DNA of 64,000 bases from Fimbriosthenelais zetlandica. Its lineage: Eukaryota. A program made the position numbers and the translations under genes. Under the pieces are notes generated by a model. The model did not search any database and was not told where the DNA came from. It saw only the letters and a list, made by a program, of their open reading frames with translations. Where the stretch lies: positions 25,792,001-25,856,000 of the forward strand of contig OZ365114.1 of assembly GCA_977030845.1 (NCBI GenBank), in the 5' to 3' direction. Below, piece after piece: positions 24,401 through 38,945 of the stretch (position 1 is its first letter; each line of letters starts with the position of its first letter).

Positions 24401-27400
24401 CAGAAAATGCATCTTCTAATAGCCACTGAATAGACAATTCTACTCTGTTCCTTATACTAACCAAACCCAGGAACTATAAGGGTTTTATGTAGAGTTTCAT
24501 GTTCAGCCATTCAGTTGGAAAGGGTACATGTGTAAGCAATCCCAGAATACAATATAAATGACCATTTATAACATCAGATGGTACTGTTTCCCTTCATGTT
24601 TAATAAGGATAACAGAACCTACAGACCGTTATTTCTGGTAGTGGGTTAATTGTATGGGAGTATTAACTTCCATATCATGCAGATGGTCACTAGTATTTCG
24701 CCAGCAGGAATAATGGGCTATGTGCTTCCCCTTGATGGCTGGCTGATGGAATCAATTCCTACTGCATCTCAAAACGAGGCACGGAATCCCAGCATGCTGT
24801 CTTGCATGCAGCCTACACCTGTCTTCTGGGAAATAGTACACCCCCGATCATACAGTTACAAAAACAGAAACATGCCGAAATAAAAAATAAAGTAATATTT
24901 CGAAACAAAATGTATCCTATCGATGTAGATTCACTTTGGTAATTTGGCATAATTCTATGGCATTTTTGCCTCCGCAAGGTGTGGTCTATATATTAGTAAA
25001 TACCTATGTTACTAATGAAGATATCGAATCAGCTGGGTTTCAGACACATCTAGTTAGAGGGTAGCTGCATACATGTATATCTGCATGTAGGTATCCATGC
25101 TCGAGCGACCTGTTTCTGACAAGATCAATTTGGTAAAGTGTGAGAAATAACGCCACTTTGGCAGCACCCTGCAGAGGCCTTATTCTCAGCAACAACCTGG
25201 GTCCAAGGCCTCACAAACATTTTTCCTACTCTATATTATATAGCTCCGGTACTGTGTTGGTATTCCTGCTCGTATTAATTTAAGAAAGTGTGGAAAAGAA
25301 GCTCAGATGTGTAGGCGAAAAAGAGGTTTAAAATAGAGAAGTTGGGTCAAGGTAAAAAAGAGAGACGCTGTTGGCAGAATGATGGAAGTGAACATTATTT
25401 GTTCTAAGCTCCGTGAAAAATGGTCTTTCAATTGAACGTTGAAGAGTAATGATCAGTAACAGAGTGCTATATGATTAAAGGGGGTCAAGTTTCACTCAAT
25501 TTGCCAAGGTGTCACTGAACCTTGACTCTCACTCCTGACCCTAGATTTACATGAGAAGGAGTGACAACAGTGACTGGCTTCTCACGAGTCAATCGTTACT
25601 CCAAGGCTGACTTACAAATTAACCTAGAAACGTGTCTAAATTAAAGTTACATCTTATCTGGTCACATCTTCAATTCCAGAGCTTTGCTTATCCTTGTACT
25701 TTCGCTACCAAAATGTAGAGTAGGAGGTAATAAATGTATCAATAGAACAATAAAATCGGAAGAAATGTATTGAGTCATTTGACTTAGTCCCAGCCATATC
25801 ATACAGCTTTATCAGGACAGGAAGCCACCCAGGGAGAGGAGAGTTGGGAAGTTGGAGAGCACTGTGTACCCAAGTGGGCTTCACCTGCCCAAATGCCCGG
25901 TCCACAAGCCTCCAAACATGTGTAGAAAGCAGTAGTAAAAAGCTTCCGTCAACTCTCTTAAACCAGTATCAAAAAGTGCTTGTGATTCAAGGTAAAGGTC
26001 ACTTCAAATGTCAATATTTCATGGAATAGTGCTTGGTTTTGTTCAGACAAATAGGGCCCCTAGAAAATTGCAAAAAAGTATATTGTTTATGGATGTAAAT
26101 AATGTTATTGTAATAACATTCTTAAACAAGATTTATTCATGTCTTCTCTGACGCAAAATATTAAGATGATTACTGGTAGGATGATACTATTCTTAGATAT
26201 CAAAAGGGAGTCCAGACTACATATTTTCTGCTGTATATAGGACTAAGTATGTTGACAGGTAGTATAATAGCTAATGTTTATGATGGATACATTTTTGTTC
26301 ATGCTAACATTTGTGTTTCATGTGCCCAGTTGTTATCGCTTTCAACCTGGAAAAAGCCAAGTGAAGTAGAGTTTGTGTATAGAGTTACAACCCACAGGCT
26401 ACACTTGTTAACAAGGCTTTATGGGAGCAACACACGACTAGTGAAAGTTAAATAATTCTCCACATTCCAACCATGCTCTTCACTTTTCATTCACCAATCC
26501 TCCCGAAAATTATTTAAGAGAACAATGGACACCTTGGCGGATAGAATTTCTTTCGATAAAGATAATTTAAAGATTTTGTGGGTACATGAAATTTTCTACG
26601 GCATGAAAATAAATTGTTTCAGTGTATCAAACCAGACGCTCGTTCCCAAAGATTCATCGTATGTTATCGTCCTAAATTAATCTCATCTCGTCTCCATCCC
26701 AATTTTCCCTCATGGGTTTTAAAAAACTTAAGAAAATTGATGGCTCAGATGAGGTCAGTTTGCCTAATTTAGCTAAAATATTACACTGAAAAAACTATTA
26801 AATTAAGGGGTCAAATAGTTTTTTAAAATAAAATAATAAATGGTAATGGCCATAACCTTGTCCTAGAATCATGGTTTGTTAGGTTTGTTTAGAGTAATAT
26901 ATGAGAATTGTTGCCTGTATAGGTCTACACTCCCAGTAACCCAGGTGGCAGAACTCAGTGGTCTCAGAACAAATGGGACTCAGTTCCTGACAGACAACTA
27001 CCAGGTAACAAACAGCGGGGGTTTGGAAGATGGAAAAACGGAAGAGCATCATCATCTGTCATTGTCCTATACTTGTATACAAGTAAGGGGGGCTTGACCG
27101 TGGACAGACCCTTCAGCAACTTCGCATATTGCCTCTTGCATTGCAGAAGAACATCGTAACATCCCAAGACAAGATATATTACTCTTGAACATGCTGCATT
27201 CCATGAAGAAGACTGCTGCATCACGGGAGCATTATCTAAAGCGACAAAACCCATCCTTCTTCAGGTACTTTTTGTTCAACGACCAAAAATAAGGAAGACA
27301 ATTTCTCAATTGAAATTTCATAAAATTTGTTAACTTATATAATATAGCTGACCAAATGATTAAATTCCTGAGAAATTACATGGATGTAGATAAATGCTAA

Positions 27401-27519
27401 TTATATGCTTTGATTCAAGCCCTGGTCGACCTCTGTATCTGAATACATTAGTAGATAGAAGGCCCTCCATGAACACCCCACACCCTCTACCACTGCCTTC
27501 TCTTTCCTACCATCCTCCC

Positions 27520-27603
27520 TCACCACCCCCAAACACACCCCCCCTCCCCCCCCCCCCCCAACCCCCCCCCCCCCCCCCCACCCACCCCCACCCCCACCTC
27601 CAG
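27520..27603. repeat. Poly-C-rich low-complexity tract
   Basis: Long C runs interrupted by single A or T. Confidence 0.9.
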
Positions 27604-30600
27604 CCTCCTACACCTGGAGGTAACTGGTGCCTCCAGTGATCCACTTCTCTTGAATGACGTAGGAAGCAGCATTAGAAGCCAGCCTAATTCACTGCCTCCT
27701 CGCGTCTGTAGCTTGCTCTGGTAGGGTAAGGTGCCTCTTGCATTGCAGGGAAATTTGCCTGACAGCACACACACGCCCACAGTCGCTGCCCTCAGGTAGG
27801 TTCCCAATCAGCCACTATTATAACTGATATTCTCCATTAACTTAAAAAATATATTCTTATATCAATTTATAATACTTTGATGCATGTTCCAATATTTTAT
27901 AAGTATATCTGTCCCATCTCATAATTTATCAAAATCATTGGAGAATTTCTCCAAGGCAGACGTCTTATACTTTTGGAGTTTCTTGGGGGAGTTCTCCAGC
28001 ATGACAAATTATATAGTATGGGAACTCGTAGGCGGAAATTGTCTTGAAAAAATCTAAGTTACATCTAAGAATCGCCAATAGATGTACCACATGTACCAAT
28101 TGAAAGCAGCGATACTAGACGATACTAGATCAATGATTGGAGGTAGTTTTAGGCAGTGGTACATGAACCTTGTAAGGCAGCATTTTCCACATTAATAGAA
28201 AATTGCTTGAAGCTTTCTTGAGAGCTATTCTAGGATATCATGGAAAGCCTTGAGGTCTTATTTTCTCATGACTAATATCTGAGTGAATATAGAGAAGGCA
28301 TATTTCCAGCCGTGAGTCTGGCAGCCTAGTGTACAGTATGCTCTCTGGATTCATTGGTCTGGAAAACATAGAACGAATCCAAATGTGAATTTTTCATTAA
28401 CGCCGCTTCTCAGGCCATGTAAAAGCTTCCTTGGCCAATATCTTAGCCACAACATACATTTCCTTAATATATTAAATAATTCCTTGGGTTCTTCTATTAA
28501 AATTGTGAACCAAGTCCCTGGCAAAATCCTATGGATTTCCTCGAAGAACAAACACATTCACGAACACCTACTCTTGAGTTTCCTTCAAGAATGATGACAG
28601 GATGTTTTTTTTAACATTGTCAGCTTTTCACTTAAAAATATAAAGCAGTCATTGTATAGAACATCAATCTCCTCTCTTAGAAGGTGCTGCTTTATAACAG
28701 ACTCTGACAAGGCCTACACTAGGCTACAGCTATAGCAGATACACATACATCCAAACATGTCACCTAGTCTGCTACCTCTCATTCCAAGACCAAGCTTCAA
28801 CTTACAAGCAGTTCACATTGAGCTATAAGCTTCCACTATATCTGAGTTAAGAAGCAGGATTTAGATTTGTCGTGTTTATACCTCTCTTTCTCTCTCTCCT
28901 TACTCCTACTTTCACTTGAATGCTGAATCTGGGAGTGTTTGATGTTGTGAATGGGGAAGGGCGCTAACGTAAGTAACGACCAAGGTGCTAATCTTGATGC
29001 ACAGAGAGATGGTCCTTCTCTCATCCAACTATAGGCCATTAAGCCAGCAATTTATCAGGTTTAAGTTTGTCATGAAGATTCAAGTTGCATGATTAGTAAG
29101 TCCCTTTTCCTTTTGCTTTTTGACATAACCAGTAAACATCACAATTCGGAACTGAAGCAGCATGTAAAATGCTTCTTCCACTGTAAGTGGCACCTGTCAA
29201 CAGTGCAATAAGTTTTACACTTTGAATGTACTAATACCTTTCGTACTTTAGTAATACTTAAAGTGTGTTGACAGATGAGAAGTAGTGAGACCTAAGTGTG
29301 TATAATGTGAGAAAGATCTGTTTTAAAATGGACTCATGGTGAGAATGAATGATTGGATGAAATGTTGAAGCGAGAGAGGAGGATGTAGAGGTATTTGATT
29401 TGAATGCACCAGAATGTATCTGACTGGACCGTCTTACGCAAAATCCATCCGTACAAATTCATCATAACCAAACCAACCCCAACTCAGAGACCAGAAAATA
29501 GATCCACTCCCTTATGTTCTGATAAATGACATTTCCCAGGCATGTGATATGAACTGTATGCACCCAGGATATTTTGGTAATGATATATGACAAAACTGTA
29601 TCCAGGCTACTTCCAAGACGTCAACTGCCAGGCAATTAATTCACATGATTTCAGTTGGCTATATTCTTATACATGACATTTTCTCGTAAGTGTTATATAT
29701 ATTTATACCTGGCCTCATATTTCGCCAATTTTTCAGGGTAGTGAGTTCCCATGCTTGTTATAGGAAATGCAGTGCAGCAGTCCAGGGGCCAAATAATCAG
29801 AATTTCTTCTTGAATGCCATTTTGCATGATAGAAGCCACTGATTCCCTGATGGTAGGGTGGCCCTGTCATCACCCCATATAGTGAAGGCATCAGGGTACA
29901 CAGAGGGTTCCTGCAGATTGTGAAGGGTCAAACCAGGTCAGAATATTGGGTGTATTACCTCCATGATGGGTATATGAGGGGATGGAAGTTAGGTGTTACC
30001 ACAGTGACAATGTTTACCCATATCAGCCAGACCAATCTTCGCCCTCAATCCCCTATCAGGGTAAGAAAATAAACCTGAAATAGTTCTGCTAACATACGTG
30101 GTGTGGGGTTCGGGTTCTACCCAATACTCCCAGGTACAGAGTTTGTATGTAGGAGATCAGTATATCAGCAAACTGGTGATGGTCTAACATGGGTCTTAAT
30201 CATCCAGGGAATGGAAGGACAAGATCCTGTCAATTTTATCAAACTTTAAGGTGTCTGTCAAATATTTTCTAGATGTATGTTATCCGACATCGATTGAGGT
30301 GCAGGAAATTGCACTCAGATTGGATTTGTCCTTTAAACACCCTACTAATAGGTACTGACCCATCACAAAAGCCATAGGTTAATTGTTTGGTCTTTAATGT
30401 CCTGCAAATGAGTACTGACCCATTACAAAAGGCATAGGTTGTTTGGTGTTTAATGTCACCTAACTCTTAAACAAACTCTGTCTTCAAGATATGTAAACAT
30501 ATCCACAAGTCTACATGAAAGCAATGAAAGGCCAATGGGTTGAATGTACCAAGAGGTCGATGGAAAATGCTTTCTAAGACACGTCTAAGAGGTTTGCAGA

Positions 30601-33600
30601 AGACATTAATTATTATTTTTCAGTAAGAGACTGTCGAGAAGGAAAGGTCAATGAAATGTCTCACTGTCCTGGAAGCCTTTGCAGTTTCTCCTCATGCACA
30701 AACATTGTGAAGGGCTCAGAAATAGCCCGGGTTTTACTGGCCCTCCAAATGTTAACCCTGAAGTCAGAGATTTTCAGGGTCAGATCCCTAGCCGCCCACA
30801 TACTCATGGAAGTGAGAGCATCGCTTAGGGAAGGCCAGGTGTTGTGCTAGCAGGGCTCAACTGATGGTAAAATGTCTGTGAGTGGCGCTCCTGTATTGTT
30901 ATACCCACCTTTGGGGAATAAAGCATGTGTTTCCAGCTCACATATACACCTCTAAGGGAGGTCGAAGCAGGTCATATAAACTGAAGTCAGTACAAGAAAG
31001 TACTAAACACTTTAAGGGCAACATCAGGTCAGAGGCTGAGCTTTCTATTTGAACCAGAACTCATCCCTGACCATGCTTTACTCACTGTTTGTAGTCTATG
31101 GCTACACAGAGCTATTAAATAAGATAAATCAGACTGCTTCCTTCACACTACTCTACACCAAATCTTTTGGTAAGAACACCAAGGCAGGACAGGAATCTAG
31201 ATGAACAAGATATCTGTAGTAACAATGCAGCATTGCTAGTGTTGCCTGTACATTATGTTATGTAGTGAGATGCCAGCAGACAAGAACGATGTCGGAAAAC
31301 CATTAAGAGACTCATTTACAATGAGAGAGATACAAGTAGAGTAGGTGGGCGATGGGTATACAGATAAAGGTAAGGAAAGATCGCTACCAGAGGTAGCATG
31401 GCAGTACTCTAGCTGGGAATCTGACACCTGGATGTGTAGACTGGGTGCTGGTAGAGGCGCCAAGTAACTCAGCCACCCCACTATACAACCAGCATGCTTC
31501 ATGACGGAATAATCATTGTACTTCCTATTTATAATTCTTAAAAGAATGATGGTTTCAGCTATTTAAAGCCAAAGATGAAATCCTAGTATTATGAAGTCCA
31601 GTGAAAAATGCAATGCTCGGGGCAGGGCGCTTCACTTCAGAGTCAACAAGAGGAGATGATGAGTGACTGCTGGACTTGGGGTGCCATGTGGTGTTTTCGT
31701 ATAAGCTATAGTTCTGTATATCAATCATAATTCAAAGTTATCTTTTTTCTCTGACTTCCTAAAGGCTTACATATCACTTAGATAAGGCCTATGATGTTTT
31801 AATATCATCAGTGACAGTCAAAGAAAGAGATGGATGGACATATTAGGGGCGAGAGGGACAGCAGTTGTCAACCGTCATATAATAATCTGTCCATTCTGAG
31901 GAGAGATTTCCTCCAGTAGAGCAGGAGGTTTGTAACATATCTTGGCAAACTAACAAAAATGTTGGATCACTCCATGGAACAACTGAGCTCTATTATAGTG
32001 GTATGTCAGTGGTTTCTATAGGTACCGGGCCGTCACTATGGCGGGGCCGCCAACAGACGGTGATAATAGTCATAAAGCTTTGGTTTTTTAGTAACAATTG
32101 CCAAGAAGGCTGCCACCAGTTACTTACTATTGAGGCCAGCTCAGCATTATAATCTTCCGAGACTAATGTGGATGTCATTTAGAAGAAGAAAGATGTAATT
32201 GGTTTTGAGATTGTGTTAAATGTACTTTGCTGAAATGCATATGGTCTGATGACAATTGTAAGTTGACCTACAAAATGTGAAATGTGGTTGTAGGTACGTT
32301 GCAATATATTTCTTTACAAGTTCCAAGGCATGGGATCCTCAAATGGACTATAATGCTTGGCTCGGATGTTTACTATATCATATGAGTGAAGGTTAGTATA
32401 GTGGGTGCAGTAGCCAGATGGAATGAGATGCTCAATTATCGTGTTTACTCCTACTATCATTTTGTTCCAAATGTTTCTGGCAAAGCTTTGACGAGAGGCA
32501 GGTAAGATGCCAGCCAACAGCTGGTGAATTGAAGTATTTGGGTAGAACGTGGACCTTTTACCAACAAGCAAACTGGGAGGATATCCATTGGAAAGGTTGG
32601 AAATTTTTCTTAAAACAGAACCATGAAAGTGCAGGAGGCTCTTAAGATTTCCAATCAGTGACTTTTAAGTATGCCTAAGAAAGAGGGAATCTATTCCCCT
32701 TGGGAAATCAGGGGAAAACATATTCCCACGGTTTATTCTGGTTGCACCATGGGAATAAGTCTTGGGCATGGAGGAAGATGATCTGATGGGAGTAAATTTG
32801 TGCACGGCTGAAGTGTTTGGCCTATAGATGCCTCAGTTGTCTGTTGACATTTTGAATGCATCTGGTAAGGAACTGACAAGAAAACATGTTCCTTTAAGCA
32901 AGAAGCAAACTGCCTGTGGTATTTTTGTTAACGTGAAGACCACCCATCTTTTCGGGTGCTCTCATCTTGAGGCATGGTTTCATATTGCATAAGTGGCATT
33001 TGGTTCAAGATCAAAACTCTGAATTCTGTAGCAGCACAAATCAAGCAGGCATGGCCAAAGGGGCTCTTCCCAATAACCACCACTCCAAGCCTTTACATGA
33101 TCCTATGATAAACTTATTGTATTCATCAAGGCCCTGTCATCCTTTGTCTATACAACTCTTGGTAGGTCTGCAAACAGCCACACGTCCGAAAATATTGTTC
33201 TGCATTAAAGCTGCTGCAGTGCTTCTTAATTCAGTGCAGGAAGGGTTAAACAGAAATCTTTTTATCATAAAGACTGAAGGGAAGGCCTTTCAGCAGAAAT
33301 GAAGAATAGAGAGCCAAGCGGGAGAGTCTGCAGTGATTGGTTAATAAGGGGTTAAGAGCCAGGCATTTCCACACATGCAATAAGTAAATACTGATAAGGT
33401 TGTTTACTCCAGATGAAGGAAGTCGTCAAGAGGTTCACAATGCCTTAGGCTTGTTCACCTGAGAGGCTTCTAGGTCAGGTTTATTGTCAGTCAGTTAATG
33501 CACTGCTCGACCTGGAACCATGCAGATGTCATAGTGAACCTGCCTTGTGCCATTTGAGAATAATCCCAGGCAAAACTGCATACAGGTTTGTCACAAACTT

Positions 33601-36600
33601 TTACTGCATACAGTAACATTTTGTGACAAACTGATGATGAAATTGTATGCAACTACACACAGGAAAAGTCAGTTAAGAGGCAGAAGGCAGAAGACAGAAG
33701 GAAAATATAAAAGGGGCATGGGTATAGGTAGGGAAATGGGAGCAGCAATCATGGAAACGACCAAGAACTGCCAGGTGAAAACAAATATTCCACAGAAATA
33801 AGATTATGTCACAGAACATTAATGTCTTAGTACTCATGGTATGTACAATATGCAGGCAGGTCATTCCTTTCATACAATTCTAATTCATTCTCTGTTAGAA
33901 GAAAATAATCTACCGGTAGAAGTCGATGAGCAAACAACCCAACTGATAGCTGCATGACGAACCACAACGTCTCTTAGACTTTAATATATAGATCAAAGCT
34001 TTCTTCTACAGCAGGAATAAGATTGATTTATGACCATGTAAATAAGGCCCTGATAAAAGCCACCTGTTAAAAGGGTGCGGTGGATGAAATTATTGATATT
34101 CAACAGGTGCTCTTAGACTGAGATTCCAAAGGCTTACATTCAGTTATTCATTATAGGCGGCTACATCACAATGGAAATTTAAACAATTGTGTGTTAATTG
34201 TAACTCAATATAAGACCATAAATAACAATTACCGCATAACACAATATATGGGACAAGCAAGCAGGAGGCAGTAACTAACTTCACTGTGGTTTTTATGACC
34301 TATTCAAGTGATCACCCTGAATGAACCACTGACAGAAGAGAGCCACAAATCTCTCATGTACTTGGGTTGGCTCGTCACCTTTGAGATAAAGTAGGCATGT
34401 GTTCTAGTGCCTGTTGAGTTGTATAGCCTCAAGCACTGATTTTACTCAACGATTCTGGGTTCTACTAATGTGCCAGACCCGAGAAGAGAGGGGTATAACA
34501 TCCAGGCAGGCACATGTCCAGCCCAGTCAATGCCATTTATTATTACCTTGAACTGCAGGGTGCCTGGTTAGAAAGTAGGGCGGGAAGGAGAGATACTAGG
34601 GCAATAGATTTAGCTTACCATAAAACGTACAAAATCCGTACAAGATAATTATAGAAAATCATTATAATCTATTACAAAATTCGTCATACCGATCTTAGCA
34701 AAAGACTTAGGGATTTGCAACAAAATGAAGTTGATACCTTTTCTTGAAAAAGAAAGTGATATTTCACGATAGGTAGCCTATAGAGAGATACATTGATGAT
34801 GGGTCAAAAGAGAAGAGGATTATTATGGTCTTATCATTAAAAGGTTCATAAATCAGAATCTTACCTCATTTTGTTAATTATCTTCAACCGTTGGAGTAAG
34901 GATTCAATATTCCACGCCATATTGGGCTGGAGTGTGGAGAAGGTACCTGCGGCTGAAGGCTGAGGCTGGTTGACCCAAGGCCCACAGAGATCCTGGAACA
35001 AAAAAATAAACTGATGCCAGATGTTGAAGAGTGTCAGGGAAAAACCCGAAATAACAGTGAGAAAAGAGAAGTGCGGAAGAGAGACCTGAAGTCTGATAGG
35101 GCCCTCTCAGGTCCAGAACACCTTCACTAACACCGTTAGAAGGGTGACTTTTACCTCAAGTTTTGCCAAGTGAAAAGATGAACAACTTGACTTGACTTAT
35201 TTGTACCAAAACATGTGTCTTTCGTTCAAAAGTAATTGCTCAACCCTATAGATGCTCAGCTTTCGAAAGGATGTTTCTCAAGATCCCACCCAAGCATGCA
35301 TAGCCATGTACATGTGTATATAGGGAGTCATTTCCAAGGGCGCTTTGAATATAAATCTTTTCTTTAAAAAATATACTTGATATATATTCGTGACTGTCAT
35401 GGCTTTTCATCGTGTTATATCTTCGATCCTGGCTACTAATGGTTGCTTTAACAGCATCTTACTGATCAATGTACTTGGCCACCTCTTCATTTTTCTCTCC
35501 CCCATTTAGCCTGGTCAATGTTAAGTCGTAAATGCGGAGGTCATGTATCTAACGTTACAATCAGATGTACATGTTCATCCTCCAGGCCTTCCAACAATAT
35601 ATGGGAAGGATGCTGGTCGGTAAAAATGGTGAACACACGTGCACATCTCTGGCACCTGCCTCTCCCGGCTGCTGGCCTCACTTCCCAGCTTGGCGAGATG
35701 TGGGTGAGCTCACGTGATCATCAGATCTCGGCTAATGTTGTGGGAAAAGAATGATGAGGCTGAGAATAAACTCTCATTATATCATGCAGATCATTGCCTT
35801 AAGTAATTCATTCCTCAGCTTGGCTTCTAAGGTCAGTGCAGCCCATGTAACTGCTCATAGCATGCTGTCTACTATAGAAGAGATGCTCTGAGATGTTAAC
35901 CCTGTAATGTGTAGGGATGAAGGCATCAGAATGATTACAGCAGTAGTACCAGCCATCAATTGATAGTCAGAACACAGGGGTTGGGGAAAATATGAAGGAT
36001 ATCAGAATATATATCCTTGATACAGCACAGAAGTGATTCAGAACAGACCTACCAAGAACAATAGCGTACTATCAAAAACCTATGCATATGAGTCTTCAGT
36101 GGGCGGTAGAGCCTTGAGCTCTATAGGTAAAAATAGTGGATTGCTAAGTCCTGGAATGTACCAGGCAAACACTGATATATTAGTCCTATTACTGTATTAT
36201 AGGCTCACTTTGTTCCCAGTAATGCCATGTCTTAGTCTATGGGGGTCTTCCCGAAAGTTTTAAAATCATTTGATTCACAATTGATTTCAAATCGTCAGCG
36301 ATTTGCAGCAAAAGCATTGCATTACTATTTGACTGAGATATATAGATCTATCTCAGAGTAAAAGCAATGTCTTTGATAGTAACATCTTTTACCTAAACCT
36401 ATACCCATTACCCAGTCAGTTTTTTGGGTCATTTGTATCGTAAAGAGAACACATTGTGGACGCCACTTAGCAGAACTGTTTCACAAACATGTAAACATTC
36501 ATGACTAGAACAACAATCCTAAGACATTTTTATGACTTTTTAAGAGATACACAAACCAAAATCTTGTAGATGAGAATGGGTAAACATAGTACTTTTTCAG

Positions 36601-37484
36601 AGGCACTGGACAATTTTTATAGTTTTCTTCCATCATTAGGCTACAAACTATATGGACAACATAGTACAGACAAAAATTTGCACACAGTTTTTGATCTGCC
36701 TTATATTTTTATGTGTTGCCTCTTATCTAAAGGCACCAGAACCAGGCAAAACCTACATAAACTTGTTGATCAAGATCCCCCCCAGAAAAATTGAGACCAC
36801 ATGTAGGATCATAAGACTGTCATCCAAACCTCCATAGCATGTGATAGTTACAGGAAATGCTAACAGCAAGATAATGTTAGTTTTGGCTCCATGGAGGAGA
36901 TAGAAATCTAGTGATGCTAAACTGGAGATATTTTACATTTGGGGAAAAAAGTTTTGTATATCACATTTCCTGTCTGATCCAGATGAATGCAGTAAAGTGC
37001 ATAAGAAAAACTGTAGATCTTCACTACTCCAGGTTGATAATCATTGCTGTGGTCTGCTGTGATTTGCTAGCTGTTAACTCTATGTTTCTTCTGAGCCATA
37101 TCAATTTAAAGCAACAGATTTTCCGAGACTATGGAACCCAGAGGTGTTTTTGCAGCGCGTATAAATGATAATTTACAGTATGAGAAAACATGGGTTAATT
37201 TGTTAGCACTGAAATCTATTGAAAATAAGATTCCTGTTGATTGCTGTGACAAAGAGTTATGATAGCAACCTATAACAGTGTTTATGATGATGACAGGTAC
37301 ATAATCGATTCTAATGACCTGCATGGGTAGTACACTACATAATATTTGTAAATATTGAACATTTGATACACAAGGATCAGTTTCATTCTTCAAAGGTATA
37401 ATCTTTTGATTTGCAAGGCGAACAAAAGGATTGGATTGCTTACTATGCCGACATTTTGCTATATTCCCTCACGCAAAATCTCAG

Positions 37485-37609
37485 TCAGTGGGTCTTGGGG
37501 GAATTGTGTTTATATTCATCCACCCTACCTGGGAAATAAACAGCCTCAGTGGACCAAACAAACGCTCGGATCATTTACACAAGTCGTTCCCAAAGATATC
37601 CCAGCCCAG
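37485..37609 (+). CDS. Unidentified plus-strand gene, exon
   Basis: tctcag|..CAG|gtgaga; SGSWGNCVYIHPPYLGNKQPQWTKQTLGSFTQVVPKDIPAQ; phase-0 end matches the next exon. Confidence 0.5.
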
Positions 37610-38049
37610 GTGAGATAGGGAGAAGGCAACTCAATGCAAAAAATCACCCAGCACCTTCTCTTTATCAAATAAACAGCTGCTGGACTCCCAGAGTAGGAAA
37701 AACGCGGGACCTAAAGCGCATCCCTGTTCGATCCCTTCTATTAACATATTGACTCTGTTGTTCAACAACATAACCAGATGAAAGGTAACCTAAGGTTTGC
37801 ATTATACGCAAGCATATTAAAGGTAGCTGCAACAACTAGTCATTATTTGTTGGTAAAATAATGGTTGTACACTTGGTACACTGGAGGTGATGTGCAAAAC
37901 GGTTTCTTTACCCCTAGTGAGAGGAATTTTGGGGTGTGGTTCAGGGAAGGTAAATATTGTGCATAAATCTTGTGGTACATATACAAGTCTACTGGGGATT
38001 TCTTTACTAAAACTGAAAAAGACAAGGCATATTGCCAATTTTAATTCAG

Positions 38050-38130
38050 GAACGTGTGATATTTAGTGAATTGCATCTATCATCGTCAGCTAAATCAACA
38101 TGGACAGGTCTCATATGTCAGTGGAACAAG
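38050..38130 (+). CDS. Unidentified plus-strand gene, exon
   Basis: ttaattcag|GAA..AAG|gttggc; ERVIFSELHLSSSAKSTWTGLICQWNK; phase 0->0. Confidence 0.5.
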
Positions 38131-38329
38131 GTTGGCAACCACTGCCTAACACTAACAGATGATTCATGTTCCCCTAAATCATACTACATTTTTAAAACTG
38201 TTTATTCTGGGACCCTCACATCCGAGGGTTTACTTTTGAAGTATAATTCTCAAGTCACTAATGATCCATTTATTTTTGCAGCACTGGTTTCGAAAAGCAA
38301 ACATGGATCTTATTGATAACTTTAATCAG

Positions 38330-38366
38330 AAGCAGTGGTCAGCAGGAGACGCTAATGATGACACAG
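38330..38366 (+). CDS. Unidentified plus-strand gene, exon
   Basis: taatcag|AAG..ACA G|gtgagc; KQWSAGDANDDT; phase 0->1. Confidence 0.55.
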
Positions 38367-38479
38367 GTGAGCAGTGCTTTTTACACTTTCCAACATTGCA
38401 AAAATCCATTTAATAATGGGCGTTCCGTAAAATGAAACAAAAGTGATGGGTTACTCAATACATCCATTTTGTGTTGCAG

Positions 38480-38577
38480 GGTTTTCAACTTACAGGATAG
38501 CATCCAGAAAGGTCCTAGATGCTAAGAAGGGTGACCACCAATATGCAATATTCACTGATGATGGAGATCTCATTCAG
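38480..38577 (+). CDS. Unidentified plus-strand gene, exon
   Basis: ttttgtgttgcag|GG..CAG|gtattt; FSTYRIASRKVLDAKKGDHQYAIFTDDGDLIQ; the only open frame is phase 1->0. Confidence 0.65.
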
Positions 38578-38835
38578 GTATTTATTATTTACCTACAGTA
38601 ATATATCATATACAAGACTATGTGACGTATTAAACTAGCGGAAAGTGAACGATGGTATTAGTATATTCAAAAAATCATAGGACTGTCTTGGAAACCAGAT
38701 TCTGGAGACAACTCCTTTTGAGATAAAATATTTATATCTCAAAAAATAGTCCAACAACAGCAGGCTTAGTAGAACAAAGAGTCATATAAGCAAGCATCAT
38801 TTTTCATGTGAGTTTCACTTACCGTATTGTCACAG

Positions 38836-38945
38836 GTGACTCTGAACGGGGCAGGGGCTAGGGACCCCCTGGATGGCGTTGGGAACGTGGACCTGAGAGT
38901 GGACCTGGAGAAGAGAATTGTGACAGGCGTTATTCTATTGGACGA
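38836..38945 (+). CDS. Unidentified plus-strand gene, exon
   Basis: ttgtcacag|GTG..GA|gtgtgt; VTLNGAGARDPLDGVGNVDLRVDLEKRIVTGVILLD; GC-rich against its flanks; phase 0->2. Confidence 0.65.
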
